In this document: piece by piece, positions 1 through 11,155 of the stretch
Numbering within the stretch: position 1 is the first letter of the stretch
Layout: each line of letters begins with the position of its first letter
DNA from: Aquifex aeolicus VF5
GTDB taxonomy: Bacteria > Aquificota > Aquificia > Aquificales > Aquificaceae
DNA length: 32,000 bases
Assembly: GCF_000008625.1 (NCBI RefSeq)
Contig: NC_000918.1
Coordinates: 510,001-542,000 of the forward strand
Direction of reading: 5' to 3'
The notes under the pieces: generated by a model
What the model was told of the DNA's origin: nothing
Database searches by the model: none
What the model saw: the letters and a program-made list of their open reading frames with translations, nothing else
Translations under genes and position numbers: made by a program

Positions 1-75
1 TTGAAGTGCCGGAGCTTTTGACTTTTTCTTCCTCTTTTCCCTTCCGTACTTAACTAACTGGTTGAACGTCGGCAT
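1..75 (-). CDS. rpsL: 30S ribosomal protein S12, N-terminal 25 codons (gene continues beyond window start)
   Basis: The minus-strand frame is open to the window edge. ATG at 73-75, with GGAGG (82-86 on minus) 6 nt upstream. The translation MPTFNQLVKYGREKRKKKSKAPALQ matches the conserved S12 N-terminus (MPTxNQL..GR). Confidence 0.8.
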   Translation of the reverse strand, partial: MPTFNQLVKYGREKRKKKSKAPALQ

Positions 76-103
76 TCGCTTCCTCCTTTTAAGGCAAATT
101 ATT

Positions 104-133
104 AGTATATCAAAATGCTAAAATTAAAGGCAA
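104..133 (-). promoter_or_regulatory. candidate sigma70-type promoter for rpsL
   Basis: On the minus strand: -35 TTGCCT (133-128), 18-nt spacer, extended -10 TGaTATACT (112-104). The start codon is about 30 nt downstream. Confidence 0.3.
116..124 (+). promoter_or_regulatory. candidate extended -10 promoter element for lpd
   Basis: TGcTAAAAT lies on the plus strand about 37 nt upstream of the lpd ATG. There is no good -35, as expected for an extended -10 promoter. AGGAGG SD at 149-154. Confidence 0.3.
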
Positions 134-160
134 TTAAAACCCCTTTTCAGGAGGAGCTTC

Positions 161-1558
161 ATGGAGTTTGACTTAATAATCGTGGGTGCGGGTAGTGGAG
201 GTTACGAGGCGGGGCTTTACGCCTTCAGAAGGGGAATGAAGGTAGCCTTCGTGGAACTCTCTCCGGAGACCGTGGGAGGAAATTGCCTCAACAGAGGTTG
301 CATCCCTTCAAAGTACATGAGGCACGGGGCTTACCTCCTTGACAAGTTTCAGAAAATGGAGCAATACGGAATAATTTCAAAGGGTTACGACATAGAGTAC
401 AAAAAACTCAAAGAGGGAAGGGATAACGTCGTAGTGACCATAAGGGAAAACTTTAAGAAGTTCGCCCAGCAACTCAGAATTCCCATATACTACGGCAAAG
501 GAGTTTTAAAGGATCCAAACACTGTGTTCGTGGAAGGACCAGAGGAAACTCTGAAGGCTAAGTACATCCTCGTGGCTACTGGATCCTCTCCTACCTCTGT
601 CGGGAACCTCGTTCCGGACGGAAAGTACGTTATAGACACAGATCAGATATGGGAAATAGATTACGTACCAAAGAAGGTTCTAATAGTCGGGGGCGGAGCA
701 GTAGGGGTTGAGTTCGCATACATATTCAGGAAGTACGGAAGTGAGGTTGTTCTGGTAGAGATAAAAGACAGACTCCTTCCCACTCCCGATATCCCCGAGG
801 ACAGCGGGAGGTACCTCGCCAGAAAGTTAAGGGAACTGGGAGTTGATATAAGGACGAGAACTTCTGTGGAGAGCTGGGAAAAGACTCAGAACGGAGTAAA
901 GGCAAAGCTCACGGACGGGAGCGAGGTTGTAGCGGACTTCATCCTCCTCGGTGTAGGAAGAAAACCAAACACCAAAGGAATAGGCCTTGAGGAACTCGGT
1001 ATAGAGATGGACGAGAGGGGATTCGTAAAGACGAACGAGTACGCCCAAACGAACATTCCAAACATATACGCCTGTGGGGATATAACCTCTCCCTTAATGC
1101 TGGCTCACAAGTCTATGTACGAGGGTAAAATCGCCGTTTCCCACATACTTGGCGAGAGGGACTGGAAGAAGAACGAGAGGATAATTCCCAAGATTATTTA
1201 CTCCGCACTGGAAGTGGCATCGGTCGGCCTCACTGAAGAGCAGGCGGAAGACGAAGACATAGAAGTAAGGGTGGGAGTAGCTTCTTTCGTTTCAAACCCC
1301 AAAGCCATGGACGACGGAGAGAATGAGGGATTTGTAAGGATAGTGGCGGACGACGAGACTGGTGAAATACTCGGATGTCACATAGTCGGTCCACATGCGG
1401 GAGAACTCATACATCAGGTAGTTCACATGATAAAGGACGGAAAAACCGTGGAGTTTGCTTCAAAGACTATGTACTCCCACCCATCACTTTCGGAAAACAT
1501 AGGAATAGCTTCCTCGGAGGTTTATTACGGACCTATATCGTGGGTAAAAAGGCGGTAA
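161..1558 (+). CDS. lpd: dihydrolipoyl (dihydrolipoamide) dehydrogenase, class I pyridine nucleotide-disulfide oxidoreductase
   Basis: FAD motif IVGAGSGG; redox-active disulfide GGNCLNRGCIPSK; NAD motif VGGGAVGVE; C-terminal HPSLSE motif. 465 aa with a strong SD. Confidence 0.9.
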   Translation: MEFDLIIVGAGSGGYEAGLYAFRRGMKVAFVELSPETVGGNCLNRGCIPSKYMRHGAYLLDKFQKMEQYGIISKGYDIEYKKLKEGRDNVVVTIRENFKKFAQQLRIPIYYGKGVLKDPNTVFVEGPEETLKAKYILVATGSSPTSVGNLVPDGKYVIDTDQIWEIDYVPKKVLIVGGGAVGVEFAYIFRKYGSEVVLVEIKDRLLPTPDIPEDSGRYLARKLRELGVDIRTRTSVESWEKTQNGVKAKLTDGSEVVADFILLGVGRKPNTKGIGLEELGIEMDERGFVKTNEYAQTNIPNIYACGDITSPLMLAHKSMYEGKIAVSHILGERDWKKNERIIPKIIYSALEVASVGLTEEQAEDEDIEVRVGVASFVSNPKAMDDGENEGFVRIVADDETGEILGCHIVGPHAGELIHQVVHMIKDGKTVEFASKTMYSHPSLSENIGIASSEVYYGPISWVKRR

Positions 1559-1621
1559 AACTTGACACCACTCATTGTTTATTCAAAGGGAATACTCATA
1601 TTTCCTAAAGGAGGTAAGTAA

Positions 1622-2716
1622 ATGGCCGTTCAGGACGTAATAGAGGCTCTCAAGAAGGAAACCCTTGAAGACGTAGGTATAAATCAAAACCTAGCACAGC
1701 TCGTAAAAGACATAAAAATGGTGGGAAATGTTCTCACGATAGTCTTTGAACCCCCAAAGCAGGGACTTGAAGACATTATAAGAGCAAAGGTTATAGACGC
1801 CTTAGGTAACCTTCCCGAGGTTCAAAAAATTGACGTGAAGTTTGTAAAACCTCAGGCTCAGATTCCCGTAAAGCAGCAAGCACCCCAGCAACAGCAAACC
1901 CCACCGCCCCAAACGCAACAACCCATGTTCACGAGGAAAAAGGTTCCCGGAGTAAAACACATAATAGCGGTTGGAAGCGGTAAAGGAGGAGTTGGAAAGT
2001 CTACGGTTGCTGCAAACCTCGCGGTAGCCCTCTCACAACTCGGCTACAAAGTGGGACTCCTTGACGCGGACGTTTACGGTCCCAGCGTCCCCACACTCTT
2101 CGGGCTCAAGGGTGAGAGGGTAACAGTAGACCAGTTCCAGAGAATTATCCCCGTTGAGAAGTATGGTCTCAAAATTCTATCAATAGGCTTTATGCTCCCC
2201 TCTGAAGACACTCCCATAATTTGGCGTGGTCCCATGCTCATGAAAGCTCTAACGGAGTTTCTCTTCAGCACCAAGTGGGGAAATCTAGACTTCCTCGTTA
2301 TGGACCTGCCTCCGGGAACGGGTGACGTTCAGATAACCCTCGCTCAGAACGTGGAACTTACAGGAGCAGTGGTTGTGACCACTCCTCAGGACGTTGCCCT
2401 TGCGGACGTGAAAAAAGCTGTTTCAATGTTCAGAGAGGTAAACATTCCCGTCCTCGGAGTTATAGAAAACATGGCTTACTTCATATGTCCGAGTGACAAA
2501 CAGAAATACTACATATTCGGAAAGGGCAAAGTGGCGGAGTTTGCAAACGCCTATGGGCTTAAAATACTCGGCTCAATACCGATAGACCCCGAAGTCGCGG
2601 AAAAGTCCGATAAAGGTGAACCAATAGTTATATCTCACCCCGACTCGGAAGTTGCAAAGGCATTCCTTAGCATAGCCAAAGTTTTGAGCCAGGTTGTAGA
2701 AAGTAAAGTAAATTAA
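1622..2716 (+). CDS. mrp: Mrp/ApbC/NBP35-family P-loop ATPase (Fe-S cluster carrier) with N-terminal DUF59-like domain and Q/P-rich linker
   Basis: Deviant Walker A GSGKGGVGKST; LDADVYGPS; MDLPPGTGD; ENMAYFICP. SD AAGGAGG upstream. Confidence 0.9.
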   Translation: MAVQDVIEALKKETLEDVGINQNLAQLVKDIKMVGNVLTIVFEPPKQGLEDIIRAKVIDALGNLPEVQKIDVKFVKPQAQIPVKQQAPQQQQTPPPQTQQPMFTRKKVPGVKHIIAVGSGKGGVGKSTVAANLAVALSQLGYKVGLLDADVYGPSVPTLFGLKGERVTVDQFQRIIPVEKYGLKILSIGFMLPSEDTPIIWRGPMLMKALTEFLFSTKWGNLDFLVMDLPPGTGDVQITLAQNVELTGAVVVTTPQDVALADVKKAVSMFREVNIPVLGVIENMAYFICPSDKQKYYIFGKGKVAEFANAYGLKILGSIPIDPEVAEKSDKGEPIVISHPDSEVAKAFLSIAKVLSQVVESKVN

Positions 2717-2736
2717 TCTAAAAAGGAGGTTGTAAA

Positions 2737-3957
2737 ATGTTCAGAACGAAAGCCGGCAAAAAAGTAGTTTACGTTGACCATATAGCTACAACACCGGTAG
2801 CGGAAGAAGTTCTTGAAGCTATGCTCCCTTACTTCAGGGAGAAGTTCGGTAATCCCACATCTCTCCACAGCTTCGGACAGGAGGCAAAGAAAGCGGTAGA
2901 AAAAGCCAGAGAACAAGTTGCACAGCTCATAAACGCAAACATCCCCGAAGAGATCATATTCACATCCGGAGGAATAGAGGCTAATAACCTTGCGATAAAA
3001 GGTATAGCAAAGGCTTACCAGAGGAGAGGAAAGCACATAGTTACCACGGAAATAGAGCACCACTCCATCCTTCACCCTTGTAAAACCCTAGAAAGAGAAG
3101 GCTGGGAAGTTACGTACTTAAAACCCGATAAGTACGGCTTAATAGACCCAGAGCAAGTTAGAGAAGCGGTAAGGGAAGACACCGTCCTCGTTTCCATAGG
3201 GCATTCCAACAGGGAAATAGGAACTATTCAAAACATAAAGGAACTCGTAAAGGCGGCAAAGGAAAAGAACCCCAAAGTTATATTCCACACGGACGCCGCA
3301 CCTTCTCTCGGACACTACCCCGTTGACGTTCAGGACTGGGGAGTAGACGCTGCTTCTTTTACCGCACACCTCATGTACGGTCCCAAGGGAGTGGGAGCAC
3401 TATGGACCAGAAAGGGCGTTAAGGTTAAGCCCCTGATAGAAGGTGGAACCCAGGAAAGAGGAGTGAGGGCGGGAACGGAAAACGTCCCCGGAATAGTTGG
3501 TTTCGGAGCCGCAGCAGAACTTGCCATGAAGGAACTCGACGACAGGATGAAGAGGCTCTCCCACTACAGGGATAAACTCAGAAAGGGACTGGAAGAAAAG
3601 GTGGATTACATAGAGTTTACAGGACATCCAACTCAAAGACTTCCCCACCACCTCTCAATAATCGTACACTTCGTGGAAGGTGAGGCTATGCTCCTGAGAC
3701 TTGACCTCATGGGCATAGAAACTGCTTCAGGTTCTGCGTGCGTATCCTTGGCACTCAAGCAGTCACACGTTCTCACAGCTATAGGTATCCCTAAAGAAGT
3801 TTCAAACGGTTCGGTAGTGTTCTCCTTCGGTAGGGAAAATACGGAAGAAGATGTGGACTACATACTCGAAGAGTTCCCCAAAGTTATCAACTGGCTCAGG
3901 GAAGTTTCTCCCTTCAATCCAGAGAACTGGGAAAAGTACGTGAAATCCAGAGGATAA
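2737..3957 (+). CDS. nifS: NifS/IscS-like class V aminotransferase-fold protein (cysteine desulfurase-like, atypical active site)
   Basis: VYVDHIATTP, GNPTSLH, IIFTSGGIEANNLAIKG, TTEIEHHS and the active-site loop ASGSACVS all align to IscS/NifS. However, the PLP-lysine position reads AHLMYGPKG (see findings). Confidence 0.85.
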   Translation: MFRTKAGKKVVYVDHIATTPVAEEVLEAMLPYFREKFGNPTSLHSFGQEAKKAVEKAREQVAQLINANIPEEIIFTSGGIEANNLAIKGIAKAYQRRGKHIVTTEIEHHSILHPCKTLEREGWEVTYLKPDKYGLIDPEQVREAVREDTVLVSIGHSNREIGTIQNIKELVKAAKEKNPKVIFHTDAAPSLGHYPVDVQDWGVDAASFTAHLMYGPKGVGALWTRKGVKVKPLIEGGTQERGVRAGTENVPGIVGFGAAAELAMKELDDRMKRLSHYRDKLRKGLEEKVDYIEFTGHPTQRLPHHLSIIVHFVEGEAMLLRLDLMGIETASGSACVSLALKQSHVLTAIGIPKEVSNGSVVFSFGRENTEEDVDYILEEFPKVINWLREVSPFNPENWEKYVKSRG

Positions 3958-3968
3958 AATAAAACTTT

Positions 3969-6315
<2,347 letters not shown>

Positions 6316-6320
6316 TTACG

Positions 6321-7421
6321 ATGTTTGAAAAACAAGAAGTAGAACAGAAAAAAGAATTAAAGATCCTTGAAATAATAAAGGAAGCAATAGAACTTGGGGC
6401 AAGCGATATACACCTCACCGCAGGCGCACCACCCGCGGTCAGGATTGACGGTTACATAAAGTTTTTGAAAGACTTTCCGAGACTGACTCCGGAGGATACA
6501 CAAAAGCTGGCTTATTCAGTTATGTCAGAAAAACACAGACAGAAGCTGGAAGAGAACGGACAGGTGGACTTTTCCTTCGGAGTGAGAGGAGTTGGAAGGT
6601 TCAGGGCTAACGTTTTTTACCAGAGGGGTTCGGTAGCAGCAGCGTTGAGATCCCTTCCCGCTGAAATTCCTGAATTTAAAAAACTGGGACTTCCCGATAA
6701 AGTTCTTGAACTCTGTCATAGAAAGATGGGGTTAATTCTCGTTACAGGTCCTACGGGGTCGGGTAAGTCTACAACTATAGCTTCTATGATTGATTACATA
6801 AACCAAACTAAGTCCTATCACATAATAACGATAGAAGATCCCATTGAGTACGTTTTTAAGCACAAAAAGTCTATAGTGAACCAAAGGGAAGTGGGTGAAG
6901 ATACCAAAAGCTTTGCCGACGCTCTCAGGGCAGCTCTCAGAGAAGACCCGGACGTCATATTCGTCGGTGAGATGAGAGATCTGGAAACCGTTGAAACCGC
7001 ACTCAGGGCTGCGGAAACGGGACACCTTGTTTTCGGAACACTTCACACCAACACGGCTATAGACACCATACACAGGATAGTGGACATATTCCCCCTGAAT
7101 CAACAGGAACAAGTAAGAATAGTGCTTTCTTTTATCTTGCAAGGAATTATTTCTCAAAGGCTTCTACCTAAAATTGGAGGCGGCAGAGTTCTTGCATACG
7201 AATTACTTATTCCCAACACAGCTATAAGGAATCTAATAAGGGAAAACAAACTCCAGCAGGTTTACTCCCTTATGCAAAGCGGTCAAGCCGAAACGGGAAT
7301 GCAGACCATGAACCAGACCCTTTACAAGCTTTATAAACAAGGTTTAATAACCTTGGAAGATGCTATGGAAGCCTCTCCCGATCCAAAAGAGCTTGAAAGA
7401 ATGATTAGGGGAGGCAGGTAG
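6321..7421 (+). CDS. pilT: type IV pilus retraction ATPase PilT (twitching motility protein)
   Basis: GASDIHL; Walker A GPTGSGKSTT; Asp box/Walker B DPDVIFVGEMRD; His box TGHLVFGTLHT; AIRNLIRE motif. 366 aa. Confidence 0.9.
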   Translation: MFEKQEVEQKKELKILEIIKEAIELGASDIHLTAGAPPAVRIDGYIKFLKDFPRLTPEDTQKLAYSVMSEKHRQKLEENGQVDFSFGVRGVGRFRANVFYQRGSVAAALRSLPAEIPEFKKLGLPDKVLELCHRKMGLILVTGPTGSGKSTTIASMIDYINQTKSYHIITIEDPIEYVFKHKKSIVNQREVGEDTKSFADALRAALREDPDVIFVGEMRDLETVETALRAAETGHLVFGTLHTNTAIDTIHRIVDIFPLNQQEQVRIVLSFILQGIISQRLLPKIGGGRVLAYELLIPNTAIRNLIRENKLQQVYSLMQSGQAETGMQTMNQTLYKLYKQGLITLEDAMEASPDPKELERMIRGGR

Positions 7422-8647
7422 TGCCTCTTTTCAAGTACAAGGCCGTAACTCCTGAAGGAAGAGTAGTTGAGGGGCAGGGGGAGTTCCCTTCAGTTTTAGA
7501 ACTTTACGAAAGGCTCAGTGCCCAAGGATTGACACTTATTTCTTACAAAACGATAAAGGAAGAAGTCAAGAAAGGGTTTGAGATAAACATTCCTTTACCC
7601 TTTGGTAGTGTATCGGAAAGGGATTGGTCCCTTTTGTGCAGACAGCTTTCCGTTCTCGTGGGAGCCGGCGTAAGCATAGTAGAGGCTATAGAACTCGTCG
7701 CCGAGCAAATGCAAAACAAGAAGTTAAGAAAAGCACTTATGGAAACGGCAAAGGATATAGAGGAAGGAAGTTCCATACACGATGCCCTTGCAAAGAGAAA
7801 GAACATATTCCCCGAATTTCTTATAAACCTTGTGGAAGTAGGGGAAGAGACGGGTGAACTTGATCTCGTTTTAAGAAGGGCAGCGGAGTATTACGAAAAG
7901 ATAGCGTTTATAAAAGGGAAGATAAAGAGTGCGTCCTTTTATCCGACTTTTGTTATGATCTTTGCAACGGCTATAGTGTGGTTCATTCTGACCTTCGTAG
8001 TACCCAAATTTGCCGAAATTTATAAGTCTTTAGGTGGAACACTTCCCGCTCCTACACAGCTCTTAATAGATATCTCATTAACGCTCCAGAGGAATATTCC
8101 CTACATCTTAGGTACTCTACTGATTTCGGTAGCGGTATTCCTTTACTTTTACAGGACAAACCTGAAGTTCAGGGCTTTAATTCACAGAATTTTACTTAGA
8201 TTGCCTGTTTTTGGAGGGATATTTAAAAAGGGTGCCTTTGCAAGGTTTGCAAGAACTATGGCAACGCTTTTTGCTTCAGGTGTTCCCCTTGAAAGAGTTC
8301 TGGAAATCTCCGGAAGGGTTGTAGGTTTTATTCCTATAGAAAAGGCCCTTAACGAAGCAAGAAAAGAAGTTTTAGAGGGTAAAAACCTGTGGATGGCACT
8401 CCAGAATACTGAAATGTTTCCCAAAATGATAATAGCTATGGTAAGGGTAGGTGAGGAAACAGGACAGATGGATCAGATGCTGAACTCCATAGCGAACTTT
8501 TACGAAGAAGAGGTGGACAGGAGCATAGAGGGACTTGTTGCTCTCATAGAACCGGCGTTGATAGTAATTCTCGGAGTGATTATAGGTGCTATACTCATAG
8601 CCCTATACCTGCCTATATTCAACATCGGAAGTTTCATAATCAGGTAA
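7421..8647 (+). CDS. pilC: type IV pilus assembly platform protein PilC (T2SS protein F family)
   Basis: Two T2SSF repeats ([12 protein letters not shown] and [12 protein letters not shown]) and 3 TM segments. GTG start overlaps the pilT stop by 1 nt. Confidence 0.85.
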
Positions 8648-9428
8648 TCCTCTTGTATATAAGGTCTAGAAGGTATCTGAGTTCTTGGCTTTCCTTGAAA
8701 ATTTCTTTTTCTTTTAGTTCTTCGTATAGTTTTTTTATTTCTTCTTTTAAACATTCTCCGAGTTTCTCGTAAAATCCATCTTTGTCAAGGTAGTCGTCAA
8801 CCATTTGAAAGAGTAAGCCTACTTTTCTGCCAATACTTTCCATCTCCTTGAGTTTTTCCCTTCTCTTCGCTACCACAGCTCCGCACATAAAGCAAGCTTC
8901 AAAGAGTGCCCCTGTTTTTTTTACACTGACCTCGTAGAGGTCCTCATACCCCTTTATGTCAAGAACCTGTCCCCCTACCATTCCGTTAGAACCTGCCTTT
9001 TGAGCGATAATTTTGTTTATCTCAAGTATCTCTTCACAGGAAAGGGTTTTGTAATTTTCCCTTTGTGATAGGACCTCAAAGGTGTAAGTCAGGAGTGCAT
9101 CTCCCGCAAGGAGTGCCATCGCTTCTCCGAACTTTATGTGGCACGTAGGGAGGCCTCTTCTCCAGACATCGTTGTCCATACAGGGAAGATCGTCGTGTAT
9201 AAGGGAGTAGTTGTGAATGAGTTCTATACCAGAGCCAACGGTTATAGCATCATCTTCATTCCCTCCGAGAGCACTTGCGACCGCAACCGTAAAGAGGGGT
9301 CTTATCCTCTTTCCCTTTTGTAAGGGATAGTACTTCATAGCTTCTATTAATTCTTCTGGACCTTCGGGTTTCAGGATTTCATTAAGTCTTTTTTCTATTT
9401 TTTCTTTCCAGGTTTCTATCCTTTCCAT
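8640..9428 (-). CDS. ispA: short-chain trans-polyprenyl diphosphate synthase (FPP/GGPP synthase)
   Basis: First Asp-rich motif [17 protein letters not shown] and second Asp-rich motif FQMVDDYLD. 262 aa. Confidence 0.85.
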
Positions 9429-9441
9429 AAGGCTTTTAAGT

Positions 9442-10167
9442 TTAAAGTAAAACTTTTTCTAAGTGAAGGCCCTGAGGCGGAGCGGTGTAAGGAGAGTTTC
9501 CCTTTCCTTGGAGTAGTTCCTCCAGTACTTCTTCCGAATAGAGTCCCAAGGAAATCTTGACGGCCGTTCCCACGATTCTTCTCACCATATACCTCAAAAA
9601 ATGAGAAGCCTTTAGCCTTATTTCTATTAGAGGGTATTCCACATTCAAACTTACCTCTTCAAGGTTTATTACTGTGTTCCTTTCCTCTTCCAATTTTGTA
9701 AGAGCTCTGAAGTCGTGAGTTCCTTCAAACTTCTTAAGGATATTTCTAAGGACTTCCGTATTTATTTCCCTTTTTACCTGCCATGAAAAAGGATAAAGGA
9801 AGGGATTTCTCACTTCTGAGTTCCATATCTTATACAGGTAAACCTTCCCTTTTACGGAATAGCGTGCGTTGAATTCTTCGGAAACTTTCTTAACCGCGTA
9901 AACTCCTACGTCTTTGGGAAGAATTCCGTTTAGGGCTTTTAGCAATTTTTCCTCTGGAAAGTCCTTCTGGGTTTTGAAGTTTGCAATGTAATCTAGAGCG
10001 TGGACACCGGAATCGGTTCTGCAGCAGCCTGTCACTTTAACGTCTTCACACAGAATTTGGGAAAGAGCCTTCTGAATTTCTCCCTGAACGGTTCTTAAGT
10101 TCGGTTGAACTTGCCATCCGTAAAAGTTTGTACCAACGAAAGCGAGGCGAAGGAGGTAATTAGGCAT
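9442..10167 (-). CDS. truA: tRNA pseudouridine(38-40) synthase
   Basis: [20 protein letters not shown]-terminus; catalytic [10 protein letters not shown]; RYMVRRIVG. Confidence 0.9.
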
Positions 10168-11122
10168 GCTTTTTCAGTTCTTCCTTTATCCTCTCTATAG
10201 TTTTCACGGGAACGGGATCGTAACCATAGAGTTCTGCAAGGAATACACTTACCCAGTCCGCAAGGTGCACCAGGTAAAGACTTCTCGCAAGGTAAGAGTT
10301 TCCTTCTCCTTTGAGCATTATCGGAACTACTCCGAAATCCTCCAGAATTTTTTTCGTTATATCCACCCTCAGCTTTACCCTGTGGTGGTCCTTTTCGTCG
10401 AACATCAAAAGGTAAACGAACTTATTTCTGAGTTCAGGATTGCTCCAGCCCATGACTTCGTTGTGGTGCATCTCGGGAAGAATGGTAAAGTAAGCAGGGG
10501 ATTTTGAGTTTTCGTTTATCTGTCCTTTCCACCTTTCCGCTATGTGGGCAGTTAAAGGCGTGGAGTAAACCACTGGAATGTATCCGTAAATCCTGTTCGC
10601 TATTTCCTTGCCTTTCTGTTTTAAGCTTTCAAGGTTTTCCTTGAGGTTCTCCTTTGCATCTTCAAGCTCGTCTTTATCAACTCCGAGGAGGTTCAGAACT
10701 TTGGAGAGCATAAACCCGAGGGAGTATCTTGGTTGAAAACCCTTTGGAACCTCGTAAATCTCGCAGCCCTCTTCCTTTGCCCTTTCCATTAACTTGCCGT
10801 TTGAAGTAATACATAAGGGCTTTATTCCCCTCCCTATAGCTTCCTCAAAGTTGGAGAGGGTTTCTTCAGTATTACCGCTGTAGCTGATACAAAAAACGAG
10901 ATAGTCCCTATCTACAAAGGGAGGAAGTGTGTAGTCTTTCACTACAAAAGTGGGTTTATTAAAACTTCTGTGTTCCAGCCACTTGCTCGCAAAACTTCCT
11001 ATTATTCCGCTCCCTCCCATTCCGCAAAAGACTATACCTTTGTAGGGGGTGAGGTCCTTAGCTATGTCTTCCCACTCAAACTGGTTGTAAAATCCCTCCA
11101 CCACTTTGTAAACTTCTTCCAT
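10160..11122 (-). CDS. SIS-domain bifunctional phosphoglucose/phosphomannose isomerase (PGI/PMI family)
   Basis: About 320 aa. FCGMGGSGIIGSF and ISYSGNTEET SIS motifs; C-terminal PEMHHNEVMGW motif. The length and layout match the short archaeal-type PGI/PMI rather than classical Pgi. Confidence 0.7.
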   Translation of the reverse strand: MEEVYKVVEGFYNQFEWEDIAKDLTPYKGIVFCGMGGSGIIGSFASKWLEHRSFNKPTFVVKDYTLPPFVDRDYLVFCISYSGNTEETLSNFEEAIGRGIKPLCITSNGKLMERAKEEGCEIYEVPKGFQPRYSLGFMLSKVLNLLGVDKDELEDAKENLKENLESLKQKGKEIANRIYGYIPVVYSTPLTAHIAERWKGQINENSKSPAYFTILPEMHHNEVMGWSNPELRNKFVYLLMFDEKDHHRVKLRVDITKKILEDFGVVPIMLKGEGNSYLARSLYLVHLADWVSVFLAELYGYDPVPVKTIERIKEELKKHA

Positions 11123-11155
11123 GGGAAAAATTATAAGGGGAAAGAAGAGAAAAGA

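Noticed and set aside
1562-1567. Consensus TTGACA hexamer in the lpd-mrp spacer, considered as an internal promoter.
   Set aside because: There is no acceptable -10 hexamer at 16-19 nt spacing (the sequence there is AAAGGG). mrp is more simply co-transcribed with lpd.
1850-1924. CAG/CAA/CCN-rich tract, considered as a possible DNA-level tandem repeat or contingency locus.
   Set aside because: It is not a perfect nucleotide repeat. It reads as an in-frame Q/P-rich protein linker and is reported under the Mrp finding instead.
161-3957. lpd-mrp-nifS-like considered as a dedicated novel Fe-S or lipoyl redox module.
   Set aside because: The adjacency and short spacers suggest co-transcription, but gene order in this genome appears largely scrambled with respect to function: purD and purM are separated, and hisD sits alone. 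Linkage alone is weak evidence, so the atypical residues are reported separately.
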